A stretch of DNA of 64,000 bases from Raillietiella orientalis (taxonomy: Eukaryota), in the NCBI GenBank assembly GCA_036172245.1, contig JAYWIR010000017.1, positions 1,736,001 through 1,800,000 on the forward strand. Reading direction: 5' to 3'. The notes under the pieces were generated by a model. It ran no database searches. It was not told where the DNA came from and worked only from the letters and a program-made list of their open reading frames with translations. This document shows, one piece after another, positions 36,701 through 50,170 of this stretch (position 1 is the stretch's first letter; every line of letters begins with the position of its first letter). Both the position numbers and the translations under genes were made by a program.

Positions 36701-39700
36701 AAAAAAGGCAAGTTTGCTCCTACGCAGAAAGGAAGCCCGTGGCAGCAGCATTGGGAACGGAAAAGGAAGGGGGAAGCAAGTATGCTTCCGGTCTGTGAAG
36801 AAATGCATACTTTGGACGAGGTGGAGACTTCCGGAAGCGGTCCGCTTCGATCAGGAAAATACTTTCAAGTTTTCTGGTTCTGCTGCTTTGCGTCACCTTC
36901 TTCTTTCTCGACGTTCGAACCCGCTGCTGCCAACACATCAGCCTTGCTGCATGCTGCAGCACCCTTGCCAAAAACAAGACCTGATTTCCGACTGGGAGAG
37001 ATCCGCATACCGGCTGCTGTCGCATTCAAATTGTGGTTTACATGCCGAAATCACTTTTTCTTGCGATACTCAAGACGCTGCCGTTCCGCGGAAAGCAAGA
37101 ATCGGCTCTCAGCAAGATACGTGCAGCAGCCACGGAGGCCCCAAACTGTTTCCTGTTTCTCTGCTCCCCTGTCATTTTGGAAAGTTCCATTCGCTGATGG
37201 TTAGGAGTCGCAAAAAGAGCGTGACGGAAGGCAAAATTCGTGAAGGTGATGCCGGAAACAGATTGGTTCTTGCATGTTTGTTTCAGCAGACGCCAATTTC
37301 AGAGTCGTGTTCTGCCGATGTGTTCTCCACGTGTTTGTTCTCGTTGCTGCTTTCATATTCTGTGCCTCTTAGCTTTCCCAAGGCAACCTTAACTCGAATG
37401 GGGCTCAATCGAAAGCTGCTGGTTGCAGCCAAAGAGCTAGATGGATCCGAAAGAAATCGCGCGTTCCACGTGATTGTGTGTCATCGACATCAAGCATCTT
37501 TGAATAAAATTTGGGTTTTTTGATCTGGAAAGAATAGAAAAAAAAATATTGTACATCTTGCGACTTTTCCTTTTTTGAACGCACAGGTAGTGCTTACGTC
37601 ACCCTCGTTGACGTCCACTCCACTATGAACATTCGCTCGAACGTGGCTGAATAGTCTGAATGCAAATTCAGACATCCAGCATCGCGAAGGAAGAGGAACG
37701 CGAGAGCAATTGCGATTCCTGCTCGCAGTCAAGTGGTTCTGGCGAAATTCTTTCGTGGTCGCAATGGGTAGTCGATCCTGCCGCAGCCAGCAGTTTCCGG
37801 ATTCGGAATTTCCCTAGAACTCTCCTGGCTGGCTTTGGAAGCGAGACGCTCTTCAGCGAAGACCAGGTCAGAAACGGCAGGAAAAGTGAACTTTTTCAGA
37901 TGATCCAACGGAGACAGGGAGGGCAAAGAATTCCAGGTGAAGCATTCCACAAGGATTAGGCTGAGAAGCACTTCATTAGGCTCTTTCGATTTGCGATCTT
38001 GGAGAACTCGCAGTCCCCAGCGACAAATGAAAGAGTCGGAAAAAGGCGGATGCCTAATTGGCTGGATATGTTGGTCGCATGCATCAACAGAAGGGCAAAA
38101 CAAAAAGCGCTGCTGTGGATCAGATCTTCTTATGGTGCTAAATTTGTGAAGCGAGCTCGTCGAAACGTTCTCGGATCCAACGGGTGTTCATTTCTAATGA
38201 CTACGTGGTGGACACGTTCAACTCCGCACCTTTGTTCCCTTCCGTTCAGGTGGATTGCGCTGTTTTGCCGAGCTTTCCATTCGGTCTTGGAGGCAGCAAA
38301 GACCGATCCGAAGCGTGGGATCTTTTCAAAGTCTCCCGATCCTTCCTGAGGGGAGTTCGAGCATCGATCTCTCTGACTACTGATCTGCTGCGAAATTGTC
38401 CTTCAGCAGGTAACGGCTTATCCGGAGGCACGGCTTTCTCAGAGTCTTCAGCATAATCGACGGCTGCTCTCGCCAGTGTTTTAACAGATTTTCTGCCTCT
38501 GCCGCACGAATTGTGCCCACTGAGCCATCGTGGGCAAAGATGAATCAAAGGGAGCTCGCACGAAACAGATTCGTGGGCTGAGTCCTGTCAGATCAGCAAA
38601 GCGGCTGCGAGTCATTCTATCGCCTCGGTGCTTGGCACGCGAACAAACGTGGAGGCTTGGACGATCCGTCGGCTGACGGGGGTAACGTCAACGAGCAAAT
38701 TTCCATTGAATCCCTTCAACCATCGCACGGCTGCCTTCTCTTGCGTGCTCTTCAGCACGATGGTTGTTGATATCGTGTCGATATCGTGCATTCGCCATTC
38801 CGCTGCAAAAACAGCCGGCTGAAAATGCGAGATGGGGGGGCGCCGAGTAGAGCAGAGCACGTTCCGTTCGTTTTTCGGATCCCGAAGGGCAAATTTTACG
38901 TCTTCTTCGCTTTCTCTGAATGGTGCCGAACTTTGCACGTTCGCGAGTGCTTCCTTGCAAAGATAAGCCCTTGCGAAAACTTACCAAGTTGCTTTGTTTC
39001 TTCCAAGAGGAAAAAACTGTTGCTCCACGTAGAAGCAGGCCTTCGAAACTCATCATTCTTTAAAGGCTTGGACTTCATTTTCCCATTCATTTCGCTTGGA
39101 CGCGTGTTGCACCGCCCTATTCGTTTCAAATTTCCATCGATTCCCACTCTTGCAAAACGTTCGTCTTTCTTCTTCCTAGCGTCAAAGAGTGTGGGCATTG
39201 GAAAAGCGAATAGATGCAGCCCGCGAAGCGGAACCATGGAACCGGAGGTCCTTTGGCAAGCTACTGCATCGACTGGAGTAAGAAACGGCGTTTGTCTAAT
39301 CTCCTTCTGCAGCATCACCGAACGGAATTGCACATAGCTCCTTTTCTCGTCTTCATTCTCCGCCCGTTCCACAACAGTCGGTTGAAAACTGGGATTCCAG
39401 AAAGTGAGTGGAAATTGAACACCGCGATGTACTGGTGGTTGGACACCGCATGCTATCCAACGCTCTTGCTGCCTCGTTTGCGTTACGATTGCCATTCCCA
39501 TGTGAACGCCAATTTCAGAGCGAGTGCCATGCTGTGCTTCCTGCTTCAGTTCATGTTATGGGTTTGTACGGGAGAGAAGCAACTGAAACGAATGGCTGCT
39601 CACCTGAAACGAATGATCCAGTTATGTTCGGAAAAGGGTGAGGAAGCAAACCAAGACGCGACGTTGCTATGGGATCGCGCTCTGACACAAAACGGAGAAT

Positions 39701-42700
39701 TGCGAAGCAAGCGTAGGGAAGCGGTGGGCAAAATTCTTCTTCTTGCCAACTCTTCCCCTACATTACGCCCGAGTGCTGCTGATCTAAAGGAGATGCGGCT
39801 GTTGGCAGTTGGGGCTACGAGTCGGCCTTCGATACCGAGTTGCCGCTGCGAGCGGAAAGTTGCTATCACTTCTCACCGGGAATCGGTGGGCTGCTGAAAC
39901 CTCCCTTCCCGAAACCTGTGCTCGCTGAAATGGACATGCGCCTTGCCATCCTGCTTTTCTTCTCTTTTACCTTTTCTTTGCTGCTTTGCGTGCAAACATT
40001 GGCCAGATCATCAGGTCCTCCTCGTTGTCTGCCAGCGTTTCAGTCGAGACTGCGGATTCGAACCACGCGAAATCACTGCCGATCCGTCGGACTATTTTTT
40101 GCAAGTGTGAGGCGTTCTTCTTGGGAAAAGGTGCGTACAACCACGTTTTCAGGCTTCAATGGACGCCTCCATCAAAACGGAAACAAGCGGTATTCCTGTG
40201 TGTCTTTTGGTGTCCCAACAAAATTATATTCCAAACGCATTCTGCAAATGCACTTTCCTTAGGGGAAGAAAATCGCCAGTTTCTGGAAAGTCTTTTGCCT
40301 TTGTCTCCTACCCGAGTGAATGTCGACATTCCTTTGTCAGTGCTCAGTGGTCCCTCTTTGGGATGACTGCGAGAAGTCATGCGATCTGCAAATCCATGTC
40401 GACGAGTTAGCAGGTTCACGTTTTCTTGTTTCCTGACGGTCGAAAAGCTCCATCCTCTTTCTCGAGAGTTTAAGTGCACTCCCCTCTCATTGGATTTCCA
40501 TCGCGATGATTGATCTGGATCAGAAAGCTCTGAGGAAGAAGAAAATCAACGAGCCCAGTACGACACGACACGGCCTTCTGGGTTCGAGCTCTTTTCCGTT
40601 TGAGGCGACGATCGCGTTTGCTTGCGCCGTGTCGCGCCTGATCCGCGCCGTACCAATCCTTGTACGATGATTGCAAACCGAAACGATAAACTGGAAGGTT
40701 CCAGTGCTTTGCGGACTCGTTTGGGTGCGGGATGAACTTGCAAGCAGAGTGTTCGCTCACCATGGCTTCTTCGTTTGGCTTGCGACAAGGCGCACTTGTC
40801 GGCAGCAGCACCCCTTCTTTCTGCAGGAAGACGATTGCAGGGTGGCGCTTTGAGCCACATGTGCGCAAAGGATAAAGGCAGACAGGGTGGATGAGGAGAA
40901 TGCTTGGCAGTGGCAAAAGCGGAAGATTGGTTAACTTATGGATGCGCATCCATTGCCTATGCGATACTGAGCAAGAGCGAATTTTTGCGGAATACAAAAA
41001 GGAAACGTACTTATTTCTTGTATCAAACTTGATCAGCTTCTTCGGAAATCGGTATCCCACGTGAAACGCTGCAGTTGAATGCCGACGGAAAGGCTACACA
41101 TGAGCAGTGCTCAAGATCGACAACGAATGGAGGAGTTTGTGCTTGCAGACGGAAATGAATAGGAAGGGATCGATGCCGGACTTTGATGCGGATTCTTGAA
41201 GCACTGCAATCACTGCCGGGAATTTATCCTTCTGGGTTCGAGATGCTTCCTTATGAGCTTTTGCACTAAATCATGCACAAGCGCTGTAGGAAGGGATGGT
41301 AGAGGAGCCTCCGTTGACATCCCCCAGAATGAATATACTGGAAACGTTCAAATGCTCGATTCTCGCACAAAGCCGGTGGCCTGCTTTCCTCTGATCGATG
41401 ACTCACTTGAGAAACCCGGACTCCGTTAGCCGACACTCAACGGGAAGGGCAAACGCGTCGCATGTCAAAAGTATCTCTTCTTGGCTGCGGAATAAAGCGC
41501 AATCCCTAATGGGTCCGCCGCCGCCGCCGTTCGGCTCATGGCAGCGGAAAAGGAAGCAGCGAAGCTGCAATGGAAGGGATGGCTTCCCACAATGACACCT
41601 GTAGACACATTACCGCATTCTTAAGAAGGCCATCCTAAGGTCACGGAATGCGGGGAGCGTATCGAGGCATGGGATGGCTGTCGAAAATCGAGGGATGCAG
41701 CCGGGAAAAGCTGGAACACTGGGAAGACGCAGGGGCGTTTCGTTCTTCTTCCTTGGGTTCCGCTTTCTCCATTTCGTAGTTCTCCGGACGCTGGCAGCAG
41801 GAGAATCTCAATGACCTGATCTTTTGTCATTTGGAGACCAGCACACGGAGCACGAAGCGTTCGATGGTTGCAAAGCGTGCACACGTGTTCTGCAGACGTG
41901 ACTGTGTGCCACGTTTGCCTCAAGCATTCCGAATCCCCTTCAGGAATTCGTGAGACGCTTCAACTTCAAGACTGGGATCGCATTGGACGAGAGCTCTCTT
42001 CGTGTCGTGTGACCACTGGGAAAGGGAATTTTTGCGCGTGGCGAATGCTTTCCGCCGTGCTTCTCGCAACTCAGCAAGACGCGAGCAAATCCATCCTTCT
42101 TTTGGAAGAGCACGAACAAAAAGTGCACAGTGATGGACGTGGAAACGTGGTTTAGCACGTGCTTCTGTTCCGCAGCAACTGCACGCTGCGGAACGTCATC
42201 CCGTGGCTTCGGGCACTAGAGTCCATGGACTGCAATGATGATGCGGGGCCGCTGGACAAACGGAGGAGTGATTTCTCTCCAGATCAACTCCGGAATCCGA
42301 GGGGAGGACAAGAAGCGTGCAGGTTCCTGAGGCTGCTCCGCCCAGCGCACGTCGCCGACTCCGATTTGCGGGGCATCACGGGTTCGCTCTCGTCTTCACA
42401 AGAGGAAGCGGGATCACAATCGAACACCTCGAAGCCAGGTGAGTATTGGAAACGGGATAGTGCGGAGGCGCTGTTGCGTTTCCGGATGCTGCTCTTCTCC
42501 AAGAGGACGACGCTGATCAGCCGATGCTTCTACTTTTCCAGGACTTCTCTTAGGCCTGCTTCAGGAACGCGTGGAAGCGAGCTCTCTGCCCGGTTGGATG
42601 CCGATTCTCGATCCGGGATGCGTGCACTTTCGGAGGGGTTGTGCTCGGCGGATCGGTTTTCGGGAGACGCGACTCGATTCACCCCGCACGACGAGGGAGG

Positions 42701-43399
42701 AAGCATCACTTGGACGTAGGATAGCATCTTGAAGAGACTTTGTCAGCAAAGTGCTGCGAAAGAGAACGCCACGCTTCTGGCATGAACCGAGTTCTCCTAC
42801 CTACGAGATTGCAGGTTTCACCTTCTTTTGTTTGCATTTTTTCCAGCCGCTTTCCGGATGCAGCTGATTGGTGGCTGACGGGAAGCAGCAGACCTCACGC
42901 TGGACGGGCTTCTCCATTCGCCGTCATCAAGTTGTCAACGCAAATTGCGTTACGACGGAGGCTACATTTTCGGAAGTGGAGCAGGAACCGCGCGATGCGG
43001 GCAAACGCGACGGTCGGTGGCGGCCATGCGACGGAACGGAAGAGAAAGCTCGGGAAGGGATGGGCAGGGAAGACTGGCTGGTGCTCCCCGCGCGGGCGTA
43101 GCCAGCGGGTCGCCGTCGCGGCCGCTCACGTCCCAGCAGTGGTTCTCCGATCCTTCCGCACGCGGAGCGCGTGGCTCTTGTCGTGCGTGTGATCCCCGGG
43201 ATGCGGCTCCAATCCTCCGGGAGCGAGCTGTTTCGCGCCCTCAAGAGCCATCTGCTGGCGTGGCGCCACCCTCGCGCCGATTGCTTGCGCGCGCGTCCAG
43301 TGGGTGCTGCTTTTCCACGGGAGCTCACGTCGCAGTTTCCTCGAGCGCGAGATGCGTTTCTCAGCGGGTGCGGAACGCACACTGCACTCCTTGCACGTC

Positions 43400-45170
43400 G
43401 GTCCTTCCCGGGGATGCGACATGCGGGAGCAAACGCACCATCCGGGATCCGGTGGAATGCGGAGTTCGGGGCGCCTCGGAGATCGGCAGGCAAGGAGGGA
43501 GATGGGAGGAAGGAAGCGTGTGCGACCGTTCCTTCCTTCTCGCCGTTCTTACCTCAGCGTCTCCATTTAGGCAGAGGGCAGAGTGCGGTCGCAGTGGGAG
43601 GAAGCTCGAGGCACGGAACGGTGCGCCCGGAGGCCAGTCGCTGCGGTGGTCGCGACCGCACGTTCTTCCGTCTCTTCTCTGGCGTTGCGGGAGAGCGAGG
43701 ATGCGCTCCGCAGCCGGGAGGAAGGGGTGAGCACCTGGCTCGCCACGACGCCAGGCTCACGTGGCGGAGGATGGAGCGCGTGCAGCTGCCCCTTCTCGCA
43801 GTGCGAATCCCTCTCCTCCGGCTCGGCACTTGAAAAACGGGAAAGCCAGCAAGCACCGGGTGCGGCGGTTGGAAGTTTCTCGGGTCGGGACGCGAGCGCG
43901 GGCTGCAAGCGAACCTCCCGTGCAGCGATTCGGATGCTTGCAGCGTTGGCTGGCGAGTCTGCAAGATATGCCACCGAAATTTCGGGCGCTGACGCAGAGG
44001 TGGCATGCGTGGGGGACGCGGATCGCGCGAATGGACTGCCTCGGCGGGAAGTCTGTTTGTCTCCTTGGCTTGGTCTCTCTCCCGCCCGTTTCCCCGCCGC
44101 GTTTTGGGCGCTTCCATGGGCGAACCTTCGCTCTTGGCAAGAGCGGCTGTAGGTTGGGGGATAGACCACGGGGATTTCATACGATATTGCGAAATGTGAC
44201 CGGCTGTTGTTCTTGAAAGTCTGAGGGATAGGATTGGAAGTTGGTTTGGGATTCTGATCCACTGTTTTGATCAATAGCGTGGAGCATGGTTTCCTCTGTC
44301 CGTCTGCACCCTCTAACCGAATGATGATTTCCCCTTTAGTGAAGTTTCGGTTGTCAGTCTGATCGGGACTCTCCCATCCAGTGAAGGCAAACCTCCATCT
44401 GAATGCCCTTCTGTGTTGATTTCTTGAGAAGGCTACTGAAAATAGTAATTCAACAATGAGACGATAAAGTAAGTATTTATAATGAGTGGTATGTTATTAT
44501 GGAACCATGTGGCGCCCCCCATCTGAGCCCTTCTGTGTATCAACGTCTGAGAAGGGCTTCTTTGAAGTCCTATAATAGCAGCTGCTCGCTCATCGAGAAA
44601 ATAGGTAGCCATAATTGTCTTGGACCAAAATGGATGGTCCGCTCCATTTTTTCTCCTCCGAAGGTAGCCCGGGAAAGGATCCACTACTAGGAATTTCTTC
44701 TACAGAGGGAGCCTGCAAGGAAACCGCTACTGTTTTCTCCTCCCCTGAGGAGAACCCCGAAGGGACGCTTCCGAAATTCAGAAGGGCTCTGCTTCCCTGA
44801 AGGGATCGGATCACTTCTCTGAACTTTCTGGAGAGGTGGCAACACACCTACTCCATCAGTACGACTTGAAGGGTCCCCACATAATGGAGAGTCTGCCCAC
44901 CTTTGCGCAACCGGAGGGGAACTCTCACTCCCTGATTTCTGGAAGGACCCGAAGGTCGGTCGACTCCCATTGTCCCGGCCCTCATCCAGTTTGAACAGCT
45001 ACCAATGAGAATGAAAGGAGACCAATGCAGCGTCATCTTGCGGGAGGAACTCGAACCCACGACGCACTGAGCCGATCCTTTTCGGAGCATTTCGAATCTG
45101 CGGCGCTCGGTGGTGCCACGTGCGGAGACCACCGTAACCACACGGCCTCCGGAGCGGGCTTTTTTCACGA
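43400..45170 (-). mobile_element. Degenerate L1/Tx1-like LINE 5' part (ORF1 plus endonuclease)
   Basis: VPLRLRKGGQTLHYVGT...CC (ORF1 P..I..G.....Y.GQ...C..C-like) at ~44840-44940. EIPVVYPPTYSRSCQERRF (APE xxVYAP....ER..F-like) at ~44120-44185. Confidence 0.45.
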
Positions 45171-48100
45171 GTTCTGAGCTGTAGCAGTGATGCTGCTCAA
45201 TGATCGTTTACCTGCCCTGAACTGTCAGAGTTTTCATTTTATTGCTCTTGTAGATTTATTTCCATCTACGAAGCATCTGTTTTCCTAGGAGAAATTCGTA
45301 TCCATGACTGGTTTCTACAAAACCTGTTTAGACTCCTATCCCCTGGGAGAACCCATTTATCCAGTCAGAAAACATGAGCTGAATTGCTAGATTGCTCATT
45401 CCAAATGCATATGAATGCTGGTTTGGTATTTTGGTTCGAGAATCTAGCAGGCGAGCAAGGCAGATGCTTGAATACCGCGCATTCATAAATACAAGGTGTG
45501 TATAAACAGGATATTTTTCAGGGTATATTTACTAAGAGTGGAGCTCTACTTTTCAAAAGTTCTGGAAAGTAGTACCCCCAGAACAATGAGGAATGAAGAG
45601 AAAGACTTTTTTCCAAGTATGCTTGAAGATTGATTCTACTTAATTTGTTATTGGCAAATCCGAATGTGAATAATTTTTAAATTTCAATTTATTATGCTTG
45701 ATGGCTGGAAAATTGCCGAAAATAGTAAATTCCTCGAGACATTGCGTTTTCCTAAATAACTTCAAGTGTATTACGTTGTCGTGGAAGCATCTGATGAAAT
45801 GTTGCATGCAATAATAAAATTTCTCTGATTAAGGCATGAAATATGCAATTTCCAGCATCTGAGCAAATGGGCATTTTTTTCATTTTTAATTCTTTATGAA
45901 GAAATTTTCAGGTGATCCTTTAATAGTCTGCAAAGCAAATGTCCTCGTTGCAATACCATCTGGAATGTAAGACATCACATATCTGAAAGTTAATATAAAA
46001 GATTTGCGGAAAAAGAAATCTTGGAAAACTTCTTCTGTGTTTTATGTGATAAAGCCAAATCGAGATTGAAAGTGTTTAATCCATTGGGAAATGATATTGG
46101 TAGTTGAAACGATCACAGGGATGGCCATTTGCATCCGGAATCCATGATCTGGAGAGACCTTGGGAAATGCAAAATCAGCAACTAAAATGTCCGATGCTGC
46201 GATGCAAAAACAAGAATTCCACGAAGGGGATTGTCGGTTTGTTGCTTCCTTGGATGTATTGAATCCAAGCTCAAATCATTCACATCCAGATTGTGTTTTG
46301 GTTTCTTGGCTTGAAATTTAACTTTGTAACCTCCTGGTTTCAGGAAGTGGAAATATATAAGAGGAAATTAGAAAGAGCTGGCTTTTTCCGAAATCCATCT
46401 GTGCCAATTTGCATTGGCAATTTTCACTTATTCTTCGGTGTGTATGAAAGGGAAAAAAAAATGATAATCAAGAAAAAAAAATCTTCAAAGCGGGTGATTC
46501 TGTACATGAAAAAACATACTGCACATCAAGAGCACACTCGGAAGAAGCGAGAGTGAATTCATTGGAATCATCTCTCGTTTGGGAAAAATTTCTGGAGCAC
46601 TTGGAAGCGATTCCTTGGATCCGAGCACACGATTTCAACCGATTGCATGCTCATCAATCGATCACTTCAAGATTGAATATTGAAATTATGTACACATTTG
46701 TTTCTGTACTCCCACTTGTGAAAAGGACTTTCACTGGTATGCCATGTGAAACGGAAGTCTCAATCACATCTTTGATCACAAGAGTTTGTTCCCGGGAGTC
46801 CATCATACCTGAACCTGGAGCTTCTATTTTGCACAGTGGTAACCATTGGGATTCACGGTTAGTTTCACAATCTGGAGATACTACGGATGTCTTTTACACC
46901 TCCTTGAAAATGGCATCCTCCCTTGCTTTAAAAGCATAGGAGGAACTTTTAAGTGATGTACTACCAATTAATATTCCTAACCTAGACAGTTCTGCACTAG
47001 GGGTTTCTTATATTAGATTTGCTTAGTGTTTTTCATCAGAATTTCATTTATTTCCTAATCATGATGTTTTTTCAAAGCACGTCTCATGTAAATCTGAGTT
47101 TCTTAAAATGTAAATCAAAGGAAACTGGGTTAACTTTTGTAAGGGATGTTTGTGCACCGCAGAATAAATTGAATATTGTGTTGTATGCAGCGTTAATTAA
47201 TTATGAAGTTGACACTAACTAAAACCCAAATGACTCAGTCCCTTCGCTCCGTTTCTATTACAGAAGCTTCCAGCAAAAGGACTAAAGAAATTGAAGAAGA
47301 AAAAAGCGAATTAAAAAGAGTAAAAATATACAGTACCTGAAACGAATCGGCACATTTCGAATTTTAAACAGATCGATCAGCTGATAGACTTTCGTAGATC
47401 AGCTTCTAATCATACGTGGAGCAATTAGAGGTTATCCCAACAAGGGGCTACTTGTTTTCTGGATTATAAAAATTTTCCAATTATTTAAGTAGGGTGAGTT
47501 TTATCATCATTAATGCGAAGCATTTTAAATTTATTTAAAATTGACAACAAACTGTAATTCATAATGCTTGTAATCATTCAGTTTCATTTTAGAATTTAGA
47601 TGCAATCGCTAATGTCAAGTAGTCTCTTCTTTCTTATTTAATGTGGAATCCAATACTGCAATCCCATCTTCAGGAGAAAAAAGAACAATTACTATTGCAT
47701 TTCTTGATTTGATTAATCTGTGGAACTCTTTGCTTCAAGCAACCAAGAACAAAATTCTTAGAGCTGAAATTAGGTTTCCCTATTCCATGAACCTCTGAAG
47801 AAAGATCTCTACAAGGATTGAGTGTGTGCTACATTATACGAGGTGGAAGTAAACCGTAATATGTACTCAGAGTGTTACGTTCCGTGTTATTTCATATTAT
47901 AATACGATTAGTAATCTTTCTGGATAAAAATTTTTTTTGAAATTTTGTGCATCGGTGTATTCTAAAAGAATCTTTGTTTCAGAAAAACGAATTTCACAAA
48001 GAATCCATCCGTTACGTACTCCCGATTACGTCCTCGTTTCTGTACAAGGTCCCATTAAGTTTCAGTGAAAACCACTACGAACAAAAATCAGAGAAAAGCA

Positions 48101-49857
48101 ATACTCATTTTTGTAGTCTATTCCGGAAGAAGGGAATTACTACCACAACCTGGTTATTCGTGTTCCGCTTAGTAATTTCGTAAAAACACAAACGATGAAC
48201 TGTGGCCAATCTCCATTAAATTCTTTGCTCTCCAATCTGCGGATTTATAGTTCATGTCACGTTCACTTTGTCTTTAGTGTGGAGTGCTGATGTGAGGAAA
48301 AGCTCACTCTATGCATTTTTACGTACATGGTTAAAAATTCATATGTAGTGTGCTGGCAAGAATTCTTCGATGTTACTCAGTATTCTTTGAGCACCGCTGC
48401 AAGTTTACCACATGAAAATTTTAACAGCAGGCAAGTCCTCCCTGTTAAGCAAACCTGGCTGCTTAGATGCTCCTCAAGATTTGCGGCATCGTTCACAAGC
48501 TATCCTGGTGAATGGGTTAAAAAAAAAGATTGAACAGATGGAACTGGAATCGATTTGATTTGATTTCGAGTGATAGGCTTCCTGAGGGATTTCATGCATG
48601 GTGACTTTTCTGGTCAAATGCAACTTCCTATGCATCTTTTTTGGAACAGATTCTCGAAGAATCCGTTCTTACAAATCTGTGATGGAAGATTAGATTCAGG
48701 GAGCACTAGCTATCATACGGTATTGAAGTTCGTGCATATCCTTTCGAAGAAATCAGTTCACATCATCCCTCGATTCTTCCCTTTACACTACATGCTGGCA
48801 GCTGTTCTTCAATGAAAGTAAATTCTCGTCTGCAAAAATGCAAAGAGTCATCAGAACTTCAAGAATTTGATGTTTCTAATTCATTCCTCCTCCAAAGAAT
48901 TCATCCATTTAAAGCATGAAGGATTTGGCATCAAATGTGATCAGAATATACTTTGCGAAACACACCTGACGCTTTATTTGATCAGTCTGTAGTACATAAT
49001 GAAGGTATACACCGCAGACTGGTACAAAGGCTGATTAGAGTCAGTAATGAAATTATAAAGAATATGAAAACATTCTTTTTTTCGTTTTCCTCAAATCAAA
49101 ATTTTTGAAGGCATAAGTGAGATGGAAGAATGTGGTCGACGGCGGCTATGTTCAAAAAAGGGCATTGAAACGTGGAATGGAGAGGTGATAACAAAAGATA
49201 GAACTTTAGCTTGTGTTCACGGTAATCTATAAAACAATTCCTGTGAAATACAAGCATTTTGATCTGAGGGCTGTATCAATCACAACAGCGACAAAGCTCT
49301 GTAGTCGCGGACAGCAACTACAATTTTCGCAACACAAGTGCCTACCTTATGACGAAGAATAAAGGGCATTTCTTCATATAATAGCAACCTCGCCATGATA
49401 TGATAAAGAATGAAGGGGTAAAATGAAGCCTGCATTTTGCAAAGAGCAGGGAATGTGAGAATTTTCGAATCCTGTCATTGGAACGCGTCACGTACTTCAT
49501 TTGGAGAGAATCGCGATACAAAGTAGGACCAAATTCATTGTGTCCTACGCCAGATTGTGTCCCTTGTATGGCAGTAGTTAAAGAAAGAAACAAAAAGGAA
49601 CTAAGCACTAAAGTAATCAGATAAACTCTTTTCATTGGCTTGTCGAACAGATTTTAAGGTATTTTAGGGTATTTAACTCTTAGGCTGTTGTCCTCGAGTT
49701 TCCATATAATGGCTCCATCTTGTTTTCCAGCTTTCCTAGTTCTCAAAGATGTGTTTCCAGCTGGACAAGTAAGAACTTTGGTCGTGGCTTTTCTAGCATG
49801 CTCTACTGCTTGAAAGTGAGCTCCTTTCGTGAGAGTTCTCAGTTTGGGAACGAAAAA

Positions 49858-50170
49858 TCACAGGAAGCAATTCAACGAGGAGATAGTGTGCAGATGGGTG
49901 CGATTTAGGGTGGAATAGTGCAAACTAGACACTGAACCCGTCTGGGAAAACATGGTTCCGTTGAACTTTAGTTTCTCTTCATCAAAAAAAATGGTGAAAA
50001 GGAAGATCTCCAGTTTTTGACTGCCACATTCAACTCTTCGGGCCTTCACCGAATCAGTTCAAGTAAATTAATCTCCGAATTGCCGGAGTGAACGGTGGTT
50101 ATTCTCGTGATGGGTGGTTTCATATTGCAGCCAGCCAGTCTAAGAAGCATTATATTCACTTCTCAGCATT
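49858..50170 (-). mobile_element. Tc1/mariner-superfamily transposase fossil
   Basis: LAGCNMKPPITRITTVH (L.MKPYKI..VQ-like), then RRVECG...FLFTIFFDEEKLKFNG (R..FC.....FL..I.FSDE..F.LNG, first catalytic D region). Confidence 0.5.

Larger units (their letters stand above)
25800..44170. other. GC/CpG-enriched compositional domain overlapping receptor exons 2-4 and 3' flank
   Basis: Spot GC counts on single 60-nt lines: 25501-25560 = 37%, 26341-26400 = 85%, 38161-38220 = 48%, 43081-43140 = 78%, 45661-45720 = 28%. The density of spurious six-frame ORFs jumps inside the domain. Confidence 0.85.

Noticed and set aside
36633..37523. 296-aa ORF downstream of the receptor
   Set aside because: Non-ATG start, no recognisable domain, and random-like composition. 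Long ORFs are expected where TA-containing stop codons are depleted.
25800..44170. Bacterial or viral horizontal transfer, or contamination, as the source of the GC-rich block
   Set aside because: It contains three phase-compatible spliced exons of the host gene and host-type homopolymer runs. The many overlapping ORFs show no recognisable proteins or operon structure.
46553..46939. 128-aa ORF in AT-rich DNA as an exon of a second gene
   Set aside because: No recognisable motif on either strand and no supporting neighbouring exons that I could identify.
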